The position numbers and the translations under genes are program-made. From NCBI GenBank assembly GCA_051294375.1, contig CM119264.1, positions 5,015,045-5,079,044 of the forward strand: DNA of 64,000 nucleotides, written 5' to 3'. Below are positions 30,957 to 43,368 of the stretch, one piece after another (position 1 is the first letter of the stretch; the number at the start of each line of letters is the position of its first letter). A model generated the notes under the pieces. It did not search any database. It had not been told where the DNA came from and saw only the letters and a program-made list of their open reading frames with translations. Source of the stretch: Paraspadella gotoi (lineage: Eukaryota; Animalia; Chaetognatha).

Positions 30957-33575
30957 AAATTAATGGGCATTTGGCGACGATCGGTGCTAATTATTCCCCG
31001 TAATTGTGGCTAATTGATGGCTGATGTCTCACCGCGTGAACACTGATTAACTCAAACGCCCAAGAGGCACGAAAGAAACAACAACAACAACAACTTGAGC
31101 ATCCGCTTTTCATAAAAAAATTTCTTGCTGAAGACCGAGAAAACTTTCGCATTAGTAAAGTGAAACAATTGTTCTTGAGAGCTAAATCATATTCATGGAA
31201 AAATATTGGATAGTCTCATTGTTGATTGTTTTTAATTTTTAATTAATATATAAAATTTTTAAATTCGACAGTAAACCCAGCTTCATATGCTATATACAAT
31301 ACATATACATATACATATACATACAATTTTGAGAAAAATATAAAAACAACAATTTTATGGCGGATTCAACATTTAACGGTTTCTTTTTATTGAAGTTACA
31401 TTTTATTACGTGTGCCTAAACGTTACCATTTTTAACAAAACTTTCGAACGAATTTTAAGAAAACTTTCAATTAATGCGAGGTTGAAAAAAAAATTAATAA
31501 AATATGATCTCACAATAACGGATTTGACATTTCCGTAAACGCTACAAACTCTTCTCTGGCGTTCGATGTCACATTTCCTTACGAATGTAGAAGCTTAAAA
31601 TAGTGAATAGCTTAATACAATTGCGATTTAAAAGTAAAAACATTCAATTTCGATACGATTTTTAAAATATATATAAAAAACATCGATACAATCGAAGAAA
31701 ATCTACATATTGTATTAAATATATATATTAACTAGGAGCCTTTTTCCCGCACGATCGTAAACAAGGCGTGGTGGATTCTCCTTTTAACCAAATGACCTCG
31801 AAGCGTCGAGGACGATGGAAGACGGAAAGAGAAATATGCTCGTCCTCTCTTTGACTTTGTTTACTTTTAACATTGTCTTTGTGAATAATTCCATTTAAAA
31901 AAGTACCATTCATATTCATTCATATTTATTCTTATTCATATCTATTCTGATTCATACTCATGAAATATAAACTTGGTGTGTCAATATGCATTGCCTAAGT
32001 TCACCCTGCCTCTAAGCTTGATACATTCAGTTGTAACCTACTGGCTCTTTCAGTAATGTTATCAGCTCTTGGCCACGAGGTACCGGGTTCAAACCCAACA
32101 CATCCAAGTGAAATATTGTTCAGATAATCATGTAATTGTTTTTTGAAAAATTTGATTTCTGAAAAATACTTTTCAAGATATCGACTTACAACTTTGTTTT
32201 TCATGAGATCGATGCAGTCAATTTCACTTTTCTCATGAAGTCAACCATCAAATTTTGCTAAATTTTCAGATTCTCATAAGATCCAAAGCTCAAAGCAGCT
32301 TTTCAGAACCTAAGAAGAAAAACTTTTAAAAAAATTAGAAAATAATTCTTAGTCGATCTGGCGCGACACCAACAGTCGACCTGGCGAGATGACTTCATTT
32401 TCAAATATTTCTTTTAATTTTTTTATTAGGACATTTTTTACTGATGATTCGTCTTCTCTCTAGAAAGTCAAATTCAATCACCTAAAGCAAAAGTAAAAGT
32501 TAGAAAGGCAAGTAAACGAGTTTAGACGAAAAGCCGGGAAAAAAATTTAATCAAATTCAATCAAACAAGAAAACGTCACAGAAAAAAGTTTTGACCTCCC
32601 TGTAGTAAGATTGCATTTAATATAATTTCTCTGAATTTTAGCCTCAGGGTATTATGCCCCATGTAATACAGTATCTAAATTCATTTAAATATTGCAATAT
32701 AGGGCGAATTAAATATGACGCTCAACAGTACTTGTACGTCACTCTAAATCCAATATTTGACACTCAGCGATACTAGGAATGGAAAGATTTTGTCATATCG
32801 GCTACTCATCTTTGGAAGGGTCCTTAGAAAGTTATTCTTCATAAACGTGTAGCTGACATAAGCTAAAAATGAAGTTAAATGACTAATCAAATATTTGATA
32901 AAAAATATTTTTAGATATATGATTAAGTACAAATTATCGAAGGAAATAGTAGTTTTTCCGAGGGGGGAGCAAGTTTTAAGTCAGAACCTGTATTCCAGGT
33001 CATCCAGATCAAGTTCATAGACTTCGGCTCTGGGATATTGTAGTTTGTTTTTTTTTTTTTTACTTTTCTTTCCTCCGGGGCCTCCTTTTGATAATTTTGT
33101 CTTTTTTCTTTCTTCCATCTGGAACAGGAGCTCGAACCGGTCCTCGACATTGAAGAATCTGGCGCCCACAAATCATCTCCGGTTTTAAGCTGGTTAGATA
33201 TGAACCTTTTTCTAAAGTATCTATCGAGTGAAAAGTGAATTGGAATATACTTTATATAAAGAATATAATTAAATTTAATATATAGTTAATTAAATTAAAT
33301 TTTTACATTTTTAAAAAAAATTTAATTAAAAATTCTAAAGTCTATTATAGTATATGAACTTAATGGTCTATTCGGGTTTTTTAAAATTATTTACGATTTT
33401 AATAAATGTATTTCAGAACAGTATTATTGAATCAAACTATATTTATGATCAACAGAAATATCAATTAAATATTATTTTTTTTAAAGTCTTATTATCAATT
33501 TTATTCAGAAAAATCTAGTCCACAACTCTATTTTCGTTCACAAATATTAAAAACTTGAATTGCCACGAAAAGAAA

Positions 33576-36500
33576 ATGTCAGAACAAGGTAAGTCTAATC
33601 GTAATCAGAATTATTATTACCAGACCTCAAAATTAAAATTAAAATTAAAGACCTCAAAATTGATTGTTTTAGGACATTATTTTTAAGTAAAGCCTTTAGA
33701 GATGAAACGAAAAATTCGTTGTAATAGCAATTTTATTTTTATTAATGTACATGTTTCGACTCTTAGTTTTTGCGAGTCTCGCAAAAACTAAGAGTCGAAA
33801 CATGTACATTAATAAAAATAAAATTGCTATTACAACGAATTTTTCGTTTCTTCTCTAACTATTCTAAATAGCAAAAAAGAAAGTCAAAATACAAAGTAAA
33901 GCCTTAAAAAAACACAAAGAATGTAAAATGATTAAAAAAACCAAAACGAAATACACTTTAAATGCATATTGTTTTCTAAAAAGTAGTATTAATATATCAC
34001 AAGTCATAAAATTTAAGCGAGAAAAAGAAAAAATGACTAAAGATTATTTGTTTATTTATTATGAATATTGTTTTCATTATTATTATTATTATAATTATTA
34101 TTATTCTTATTATTATTATTATTAACATTAATATTATTAATAGTACTTTTTCATCATCAAGGTGATGTTCTTTCGGAACTCAACAGCATACATTCTACAA
34201 GGTAACGAAATGTTGTGTTGTGTTAGTAGCGCAAATGAGGCAGCTCTATTCGTCCTGCAACACAATAAAATTTTGATATGGCTGCTAGGGGGGTTTAAAG
34301 AAGTTGCGGATAGCACTTTTCAGCCGACTTAGCGCCTTGGCCACAAATTTCTAATAATAATTGAAAATTTATTAATGATAAATTGTTTAATACTTATTAC
34401 TTAACCATTCAAAAATACTACCATGGTAGCAAGGAACGGTCGGGTTTCTTTGCCACTAACCACGGGGAGATTGCCAGTGAATCCTGAAGCGTCAATGATC
34501 GAACTGGCTTCCGGTGTGTCAGACTCTTCTGTTGCCACTCGAGATACACAATTGTGCCGTTTACCCGATCAATCTCTCCTAATAGACGAAATTAAGTATG
34601 ATTAATGACGAAGTTTAATAAAATAAAAGTATATAAAGCGATCGAAATCCGCGCTACTCATATGTAAAATAATGATTGAAAAACTTCTCAATGATTGCTT
34701 CTAAAATGCCGCCGCTTGGTTTGTATTATCCTTCAAGACGTACGATATTGCTTGGACTAATAAATTGCACTGATGATTTAAATGATGATTTAAATCTGTT
34801 ATTTTAGTGTGAAAATCTAGCTTTATTTTTCAGGTTTCAGCGACGAGTTTCGGTCGGAACCGTCGTTGACCAAAGACAAAATATTGAAAAGGAAACTCTT
34901 CAGGTTTGGAGCTATGATTGACTATGGTTAATAATTAAAGTTCATAAAACTGACTTGAAACCAATAAGTATAATTTTAAAGTCGTAGATACATGAGTTCA
35001 TTCATGTCTGTTCATTCCGACTATAATTCACTTTGTCGGTCCGTCGGTCCGCCCCCTCAATCTTCTCGGGCATTAACTTAAATCATGACAGAACATCGAA
35101 TTATGATAAATTATGCAAAAAAAATTATGTCCATACGTAAGTCCGTCCGTCCGTCCGTCCGTCCGTGTGTCCGTCCCCCCTTAGCAAAAAACACCAATTA
35201 CTCGTGATTGGATTGTTGGATTGGAATAAAATTTTGTGTGTGGGTAGGAAAGTGTGTGATTGAGCAGAATATATAAAGTTTCGATGGAATCGAGGAGTGG
35301 AAATGAGTTTGAATGAAAATAACCAAAGTCAAGTTAACAAGCTATTATTTATGATTAATCATAAATGTTTTTGAAATAAAAAATAAGAGGACGAGTCTTC
35401 TACAAGGACGTTATTTTAAACGAAAACTACGCCGACGCTCCGACACTACGATGCGATGCGATGCAGCGCCGCGACGTTGTGGCGTTTTGCCGTGGTATAT
35501 TTTGGTATATTTTGATTTATTTTGCTATATTTTGCTTTCCCAAAGGCTACTCTTGTTTTTTGGAATGCCTTTAGGAATTTCTAAAACTACAAAGAATAAA
35601 AGACGGGATTTGATGCATATATGTCATAAATACACAGTTATGACATATCATGTCATATCATGTGATCAAAGGGAAATATATAAGCAAATAAAGTCACCGC
35701 GGCGCAACACATTGGAATTACCGTTCTTGTTATGAGGAATCCAAAACTGTAAAAAAAAATTTTTTGAATTATTTTTTTAAATTTGGACTATTTAACAAAA
35801 TGAAACGGAAACTTGACACATGCCTGAAAATCTATTCTTGTATAATAACCTTACACAAAATGCTAATTATATTTATAACAAGCAAGTTATGCATCGCGTT
35901 GATAAGTGTTTTTTGTTTTATCTTGGTTATCGCGAGTTTTGTTGTGAGTAGATTGAGTAGAGTGGCGCTAAAAAATTACTTCCTCCCACTTATTTACGTC
36001 ATTATCCTCATAATTTTAGGAACTGAAAGCGACCTTTTCTCTCCTTGACGTTTGTGGTCAAGGATTTATCACTATCAAATCTCTTGCACAGCTCATGGAA
36101 AGTTTTGGATATAAGTTTTCAAAACAGGAGCTTGTCGACATGGTGACGGTAAGCAAAAATTAAAAACAAACTACTGGGGGGTTTTAAAGCAAAATAATTA
36201 TATAATTGTATAATATATATATTATATATATATATAATTATATAATTATATTGGTTAACCAATTTCATAATAAATACAAATTTTTAGAAGTTTTGAATAA
36301 AAGTATTTCTTGTTTGCAATAAATGTTTTGAATACTATAATCTTTTATTTTATTTAAATTTTACAGATTATGGATCTAAACAAAGATGATATGGTCAGCT
36401 TTGACGAGTTTTTAGAGGTAAATATAGAAGTAAAGAACTTCTTTTACTAGTTGCGTTCTAAAAAATTGCTTGATTGTATATTGTTTAAATTAAGTCAAGT

Positions 36501-39192
36501 CAATGACTTAAAAATACTTTTGTAAGTATTATTCATTGAAAAGCTTTTTACTTAAAGAATATTTGTTTCGGGCATTAGCAACTAAGTTTAAGCAGAGATG
36601 AAGCAGTTTTGTGATTAAAACTAAAGGATACTTAAGTCTTAAGTCTTAAGTTAATATGTCTTTCCAGGTTTCTTAAATCTTGGGAGAGTGTTAGATAATG
36701 TAAAAATCCTATTGCCGAAGTTAATTTGATGTTATTAAAACTGTCAACGAACCCTTGGGGTAGATCGAGGTCTCCTCGGCATCTCTCCCGTCACGAAGCT
36801 GTACTGAAGTCGGCCGTCTTCAACGTCCCTCGAAGCCGTCGTCCGGCGCCGACCGATGAGCGCCGGGGCGCCGTCTCGAAGACGGAAAGGCTCGCGGTCG
36901 CTGGTACCGACGAGGTCGACGAGGTGTCCCAAGGGTGTGGTCTGAAGACGTATGGCCACGAGTCCGTCCACAAGTCCGTGAACCTGAGACTGTGGTGCCA
37001 CAAGTCTTTCCAGTATCCACTAGACTGCCTACAAGTAAGTGGCCGCGAAGTCTCTCGGGCTCAAAGGTCTGGCCTAAAGGCTCACTGAAACGGTATCATG
37101 GCTAAAATGTGACGTGACGTGGTGTTGGCCTCACTCCGTAAAAGGCCGTTTTTGGACGGACTGAGAAAAGATCGAAAAGTCTATGGCCTCTATATCTGGT
37201 AAAGAAAAAATCTCCAAAAGAGCAAAGAAATGGCAAAACAAATGGCAAAGAAAAATAATAGAAATGGCATTACCATTTCTCTACAAAAACTTTAAAGAGA
37301 GAGTTTGAGAGAGTTAGAGAGTCCATTGATAATAATAAAATTCGTTGTTCGAAACTAATTCAAAATCTCTCTAATTCACTAACACAACGAAAGAAAGGAT
37401 TTCACATAAAAAGTAAAAAGTAAAAAATGATCAATGTAAAAAAATTTTTTTTTTTCAAGGTGATGATTGGTCAAGGCTTTCATGAATTGGCGGAGGATGA
37501 AGAAAAAGTTTTAAAACGCAGCTTTCATATTTTTGATAGAGATGATAAAGGTAAAATTTTTTGAAGGTTTGATAAAAATTTAAAAATAAACAATTCGAAA
37601 ATATATTCTAATTCTTTGAGTATTCTTCGTTACTGTAAGATTACCTGTCATGCCTGCAGCGCCGAGAATTTTACATAGGGGTGGAAACAAAGTCTATAGT
37701 AAATGTCGCCCTACTTTTTAATTATTTAGTTTCTATAAAGTTGTCTACACTTTCATATAACATTGGTACAACCAAAGTAAAAATTATCCTTTCATTTATT
37801 AAATAAGCTATCTTGCCCCTAACTTTGGACAGGCTATTATGGGTCAAGACATCCATCCCTCTGACAAGATAATATCATAGCAGGACCCTGCAGGTTTTCA
37901 ATTAAGACTCTCTCCTGGTCTACACGGATTTCAAATAGGAGTGAAATGAAAAGATTAAATACTGTGGCTAAATTATTAATTATAGCCATTTCAAATTTTG
38001 TACCCTGGTAAAAAAATTGCTGACGTTTTTTATTTTCCAACTCCCAGTAGTCCAGCTTGCTTTCTTTCTTAGTTATGTGCTGATTAATACCATGGTCGAA
38101 TTTCAAAAACGAAAAATTTGTTGTAAGATATATTTTATGAAAACAAAATAAAATGTTTTAAAATTTGGGTTTATCTTACAAAAATAGATATTAAAGTATG
38201 TGTCTGTGCAATCAGAATGTCAAAAACTTTTTTACAGCCACAATGACAGCCCTTTTCATTTGATAGTTTTTTTAGTTAAAACTTATAGAAAAAAAAAAAT
38301 TTCCGCTTAGAAAAAAAATTGGAAAAGAACATTGATCTGGCAAGCACATGTTACCTCACTAAACCTTGAAATATATTAATGAGATTTTTTTTCATGCTCC
38401 CGAGAGTTTATATTAAATAATGAATGTAAAAGAAATTATAATATTTGCCTCATTTTTTTCACAAGAAGTTTGAAATTGAAATATCATATAAGAGGGGAAA
38501 AATTCTCCAAAAAAGCTGCTGGAAAGCAAGCGCACCAGTTGTTATGATGTAAAGTATTCACAATTTGGCATATATGAACATAAACGTCAGGGAATTTTCT
38601 AACTAATGAAATAATCAAATATCAATCATATTGAGTCAGTTAAGAATAATAACAAATCTTTTCATTTCACTCCGATTTGAAATCCGTGTTGTATATTCAC
38701 TCTGAGAGTATCTGGCTACCCTATCAATGAAGTGGCATAATATTTCAAAGAATATTTCAATTGTATGAAGAACTTCTTTAAATATTAGCTCGGGAAATAC
38801 TGTATTGTACTATTGTATTGCATAATAATTACTTCCTATTTTCTAACATTCACTGTCAATCCATTTAGAATTCGCTTATTAAAGGATTCATCAATTGTAT
38901 TATATTGTACTATTGTATTTCATGGTTTTATATCCTCTTTTCCAATTTCTTTTCAATCATTCGTTGTCAATCCATTTTGAATTCCCTCTTTAAAGGATTC
39001 ATCGATGCCTCAGATTTGAGCTTCGTCATCAAATGCTTCGGTCTCGATGTTTCCGTCGAAGAGTTGGACGACCTCATCGAAGAAGTCGACGGCCAAGGCG
39101 ACGGACGGATAGACTTTGAAACCTTCGTTGCCCACATGTGTTCGGAGATGCCAGATTTTTTGAAAAAGAGAAGAAGAACCATCAGTCTTTGA
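33576..39192 (+). CDS. Calmodulin/troponin C-like four-EF-hand protein, 196 aa, 7 exons
   Basis: Exons 33576-33588, 34162-34201, 34834-34903, 36020-36148, 36367-36417, 37460-37550 and 38996-39192 total 591 nt, all GT-AG and in phase. ..ELKATFSLLDVCGQGFITIKSL..ELVDMVTIMDLNKDDMVSFDEFLE..LKRSFHIFDRDDKGFIDASDL..ELDDLIEEVDGQGDGRIDFETFV is collinear with calmodulin. Confidence 0.9.
33696..33858. mobile_element. 163-bp near-perfect palindrome; probable inverted Penelope-like pLTR remnant with partial hammerhead motif
   Basis: 81-bp arms with one mismatch centred on 33777. Arms contain GAGTCGAAACATGT, also seen at 54652-54665. AAGTAAAGCCTT is repeated at 33685-33696 and 33894-33905. Confidence 0.65.
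35016..35325 (+). mobile_element. Truncated DINE-1-like Helentron non-autonomous element (family A)
   Basis: Matches the 5' core of 39371-40120, including the (GTCC)n microsatellite. Confidence 0.75.
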
Positions 39193-39370
39193 TCTGCTTG
39201 AAGATAGAAATAAATAGAAAGAAGTAAATAGAAAGAAAATTGGTAGAAAATAGCAGTTGCTTTTGTATTTCTATATGGATGTAATTCCTTCATTTATGTA
39301 AATTCCTTCATTGAGGTAAATAGATAAATTCAAATATACTACGAAGGATATTATTACAAAGCGTGTCAAT

Positions 39371-40120
39371 TTTTAGTCGGATCTGCTTATCAGCAGATCC
39401 CGACTCTATAATTCACTTTGTCGGTCCGTCGGTCCGCCCCCTCAATTTTGTCGGGCACACACTTATATCATGTCAGAACATCGAATTATGATAAATTATG
39501 CAAAAAAATGATGTCAGTCCGTCCGTCCGTCCGTCCCACCTTAGCAAAAAAGAACCAATTACTCGTGATTGGATGGATGGATTGGATTGAAATTTTGTGT
39601 GTGGGTAGGGAAGTGTGTGATTGAGCTGGATATGAAGTTTCGATGGAATCGTCCGAGTGGAAATGAGTTTAAATGGAAAAAACAAAAAATGAGGCGATTG
39701 ACATTGAATTTTGTATGTGGGTATGAAAGTGTGTGATAAAGCTGGAAATCAAGTTTCAATGGAATCGTCTGAGTGGAAATGAGTTTAAATGGAAAAAAAT
39801 AAAAACCTGTTTCACTAATTGATTATGCTTCTTTTTCCTTTTATATTAAATGTAAATGCAGGATGTATTAATTAATCAAATAATTAGTCAATTAATTAAT
39901 CAATAATTAATTAATCAGTCAATCAATCAAGTCAATCGTTATCGGCATTATTCTCATCGTCGTTAGTGACGAAAAGACCTAAAAACAAACATTTGGGATC
40001 AAATTAATTAATTAATTGCCTAATTAATTAATTAATTAACTTGATTAATTTAATTATTAATTAATTAATTACCGATAACGATCGTGGGCAGATCCGACAT
40101 TGTTTGCTCAAACTTGTTTT
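39371..40120 (+). mobile_element. DINE-1-like Helentron-associated non-autonomous element (family A), full length
   Basis: T-run start, 5' subTIR GTCGGATCTGC (39376), adjacent inverted copy GCAGATCCCGAC (39393), (GTCC)n core, 3' subTIR GCAGATCCGAC (40088), short GTTTG-CT-CAAAC hairpin, T-rich end. This is the DINE-1/HINE architecture. Confidence 0.8.
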
Positions 40121-40660
40121 CATTGCTGTCGTATAAATTATATTTTTTGAGAAAAAAAAGAATAAAAAAACATTTACATCATAATCATTAGCGGCTTAGC
40201 CCTAAAAAACTGTTTTCATCTTTGTTATTGTGCACATGACTAAGGTGCAAGGTTTTTCGGAGAATAGTTGGCGGAAAGAGAAGACGTTCCCTCTTATTTA
40301 AGGTTAGATAATGTTGAACGGGTTCTGGGTGATGAGAGTGAAAGTCTTGCCTCAACATCGACGCATCAATATATCATTTTTATCTCAAGAATTTATCGAA
40401 TCAATAAATCATTGTCGCGGTGCTTGGCCCCGGCGCTGTCATTTAAGCTATATTAAATTTTAGATGAAAAATCATTTTTTTCAAACCAAACTTTCCAGTT
40501 TGAATAAATTAAATGCTTTTCCAGTTTGAATAAATTAAATGCTTTTCCAGTACGCGTCTTGGCCGGCGCTCGGGTGTTCAGTGTTCACTCAGCAAATGCT
40601 TCTTTACTCTTTTTGCTTGCACTAATAAAAAAAATCGTTTTCAGCCTTGGAATATCCGAA

Positions 40661-41953
40661 ATGGGTAAGAATGACTACATGGAATAATTATAGTAATATT
40701 TCAAAGTAAAATGTACTTACATTAAGATTGTATTTATTATCTTATTTTGTTTAGTACATATATTTGAAAGTTGCAATGTTAAAATATTGAATTACTTATG
40801 TTGTCGATTCAAAACCACTTTCTTAAATAACTTCTTTTCCGCAGCAACTGAAGCAGAGACGCAGATTCAAGATCCGGTGACTACCCTGACAAAAAAAGAA
40901 GTTGAAATATTGCAGACATCGTGGGCAAAAGCGATGGTGGACCAGCGCGCTGCGGGGATCCTGTTTTGGAGGGTCTTTTTTACGGGTTTATATTTGACTA
41001 AAGGAAGTGAAGTGTTTTTTTTAAGCATGAAAACATTTTAATTGTTTTAAGATAATAATTGTTTTAAGATCACCCGGATGCGATAGATCTTTTCAAGGAG
41101 TTTAAGGATAAGGAATTGGAGGAGGTAATCATTGGTGACCTCGATTTCAGTGAAATGAATCAAAAAACAATTTTAATTTGGTTCGATTTTTTAGATTTTG
41201 AAAATGGCGCGACTCCGAGCGCACGGCGTCACTGTCATGCGGGCCTTAACGTCCGTCATTGACAATCTGGACGATGCTGATGTCGTCGTCGAAATCCTCA
41301 AGAAGCAGGTGATGACAGATGTTGATGACAGATTGTAGGAGAGATATTGTGATGACAAATAGTGATGTTAAATTGGTATTGGAAATGGCTTAATGGATTG
41401 AATTGGTGCTGAAGGTTTGAATTGACTGTGGAATTGTTATCAAATTTTTGTTAAAACAAACCTACACTCATATTCTTAGGGTTACACCCATTTTGCTCAT
41501 GGCGTCAGGGTAGAACATTTTGTCCTTGTAAAAAATGTTCTCCTCAAGACTCTGAAGTTGGCGCTGGAAGATGAATTTCAAGAGGATGTCGTTTCGGTAT
41601 GATGCATCTTATAACTGTAGTCGGCGCATAACTGACCAATATAATGTTGACTGAAATATTATTAGTAATAATACTGTTAAGAGTGGCTGACACTTTAACC
41701 CCACGACTGATAAGTGTGAAGTAAATTATAATCATCAAAATTTGGACTCTCATTTAGTAGCAGATTTTAAATTGTTTCTAAAAATAGGGATGGAGTCCTT
41801 AACCCAAGAAAGCCTGTCCCAAGTTAAGGGTAAGCTAGTAATTGGTTAAATTAATAAATGAACTTTAATATTATTTCTAATTAACAGGCTTGGGAGAATG
41901 CGCTCGATGTCGTGGAGTCTCTTGTCATTGAAGGAAACCGGTTGGCTTTCTGA
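40661..41953 (+). CDS. Single-domain globin, 165 aa, 6 exons
   Basis: Exons 40661-40664, 40845-40985, 41069-41124, 41195-41308, 41480-41596 and 41888-41953 total 498 nt. Protein: MATEAETQIQDPVTTLTKKEVEILQTSWAKAMVDQRAAGILFWRVFFTDHPDAIDLFKEFKDKELEEILKMARLRAHGVTVMRALTSVIDNLDDADVVVEILKKQGYTHFAHGVRVEHFVLVKNVLLKTLKLALEDEFQEDVVSAWENALDVVESLVIEGNRLAF. Has TrpA12, ProC2, PheCD1, HisE7, HisF8, TrpH8. AATAAA at 42118. Confidence 0.93.
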
Positions 41954-43170
41954 ATCCAATGATTAACGACGCTGAAGACAAAAGATAATTTATCTTAGTA
42001 AATTCAAACTGGGCAGACTAATACGTTGTTACAGTGCGTCCCAATGGTACTTTATAAAAGCTTTCTGCTCAAAGAAAATGTCTAAATTTTAGATCTATTT
42101 CTCACAATTACTACATCAATAAAGGTGCTATTATTAATAAAGACGATGTCGCGAGTCAGTTCCTTTAACACAAGTTTAAAGACGTTTGACTGACAAAATT
42201 ACTCCTGGAGAGTTAGACGCCCAATCCAGCTTTTTCGTGCGAATCAGCTGGGCGAGAACCCGGGTTCTTTGGCATGGGAAGGACCCTTAATACATTGTAT
42301 AATTTTTTATTATTCCACATTAGTCAGTTTTTCTTTTTAAAATTGATTATTGCGCACAGGCGAGATATAGTTTCCTCAAACTATCCCGACCGAGGCACGC
42401 GGAATCTCGCGCTACATTCTGATGATATCGTCGTTCATCTAGGAAATGAATCTTTTGTCGACATCGAATTCGTCGGCGCGGGGGAGGTCACTTGGTTGCC
42501 ATATTCCGACCACTGGAGGACGCGTTAGAAACGCCCCTTTACGACCCTCGTAAAATTGAAGGAAAAAGCATTTTAACAAAGCAGTCGTCGAGGTTTTGGT
42601 GCGATTTTTCGTAGTGCATGATGCAGTCACGACTTAACAGTAAATAATATGCTTATGTTCTTGCAATCATATATAATATTATAATTTTTTGATTGTAAAC
42701 CAAAGTACGTTTTATTTTTATCTAAATTTTAAAAGAGAAAGGTAGAGAAATTTACAAAGGTTTACAAAGAACTAAAAAAAGGCAAATTAGATAATAAAAA
42801 GAAAAGAAACCACAGAGAAAATTTCTAGGCAAACGAACGATGCCGGTTTCAGTCAAGCGAAATCCATGCGTTGCGTTTCCTAGCAGACGGCGTCGTTAGC
42901 GCGAAGAGCCGACGAAAAGCGGCGTCGGTTGGAGCCGAAAATTGGTTGGAACGATTCCGCCTTGATTCCCGGATTCAAGGTCGAATTCCTGAGCGTGTGC
43001 GGTTGGAGGATGGCGACCACGCTTGCTGAGAAATGGTAATAATTGTAAAATTTATAGCGATATTTAACCAAAGAGCCCAATTTCTGTTCCTAATCGCTGA
43101 AATTAATTTAAACCTATATATTGAATTTGAATATTTTATTAAATATTTAACACTATCTTAATTTAATCAG

Positions 43171-43368
43171 GTATGGTGGACCAACCGCAAGTCATTCTCC
43201 TCCCAACCCAAAGGTCCGGGGTTCTAGCCCGGTGGCCGCCTAGCAGTTAGGAGGGACGGGGCGCTTAACCCGTCTGTAACACGGTGTGACAGCCTGATCC
43301 GAGGCTCAGGGACTGCTTACATTGAACGGTTCTGTCACTAACTTATAACAATAATTACTGTCTCTTCA
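43171..43368 (+). mobile_element. tRNA(Gly)-containing short interspersed repeat (family B), internally deleted copy
   Basis: Starts GTATGGTGGA, contains B-box-like GGTTCTAGCCC, ends ACTGTCTCTTCA; CAG on both flanks. Confidence 0.75.

Noticed and set aside
32035-32110. tRNA gene (GGTTCAAACCC); similar motif at 43618-43742
   Set aside because: Only a B-box-like motif without a complete cloverleaf; at most degenerate SINE heads.
32923-33190. Protein-like minus-strand ORF (ARFFNVEDRFELLFQMEE..YELDLDDLEYRF)
   Set aside because: No start codon or in-frame acceptor, and no recognisable homology.
36726-37140. GC-rich ORFs nested in EF-hand intron 5
   Set aside because: No recognisable domain or splice sites; probably a decayed transposon fragment, but I cannot classify it.
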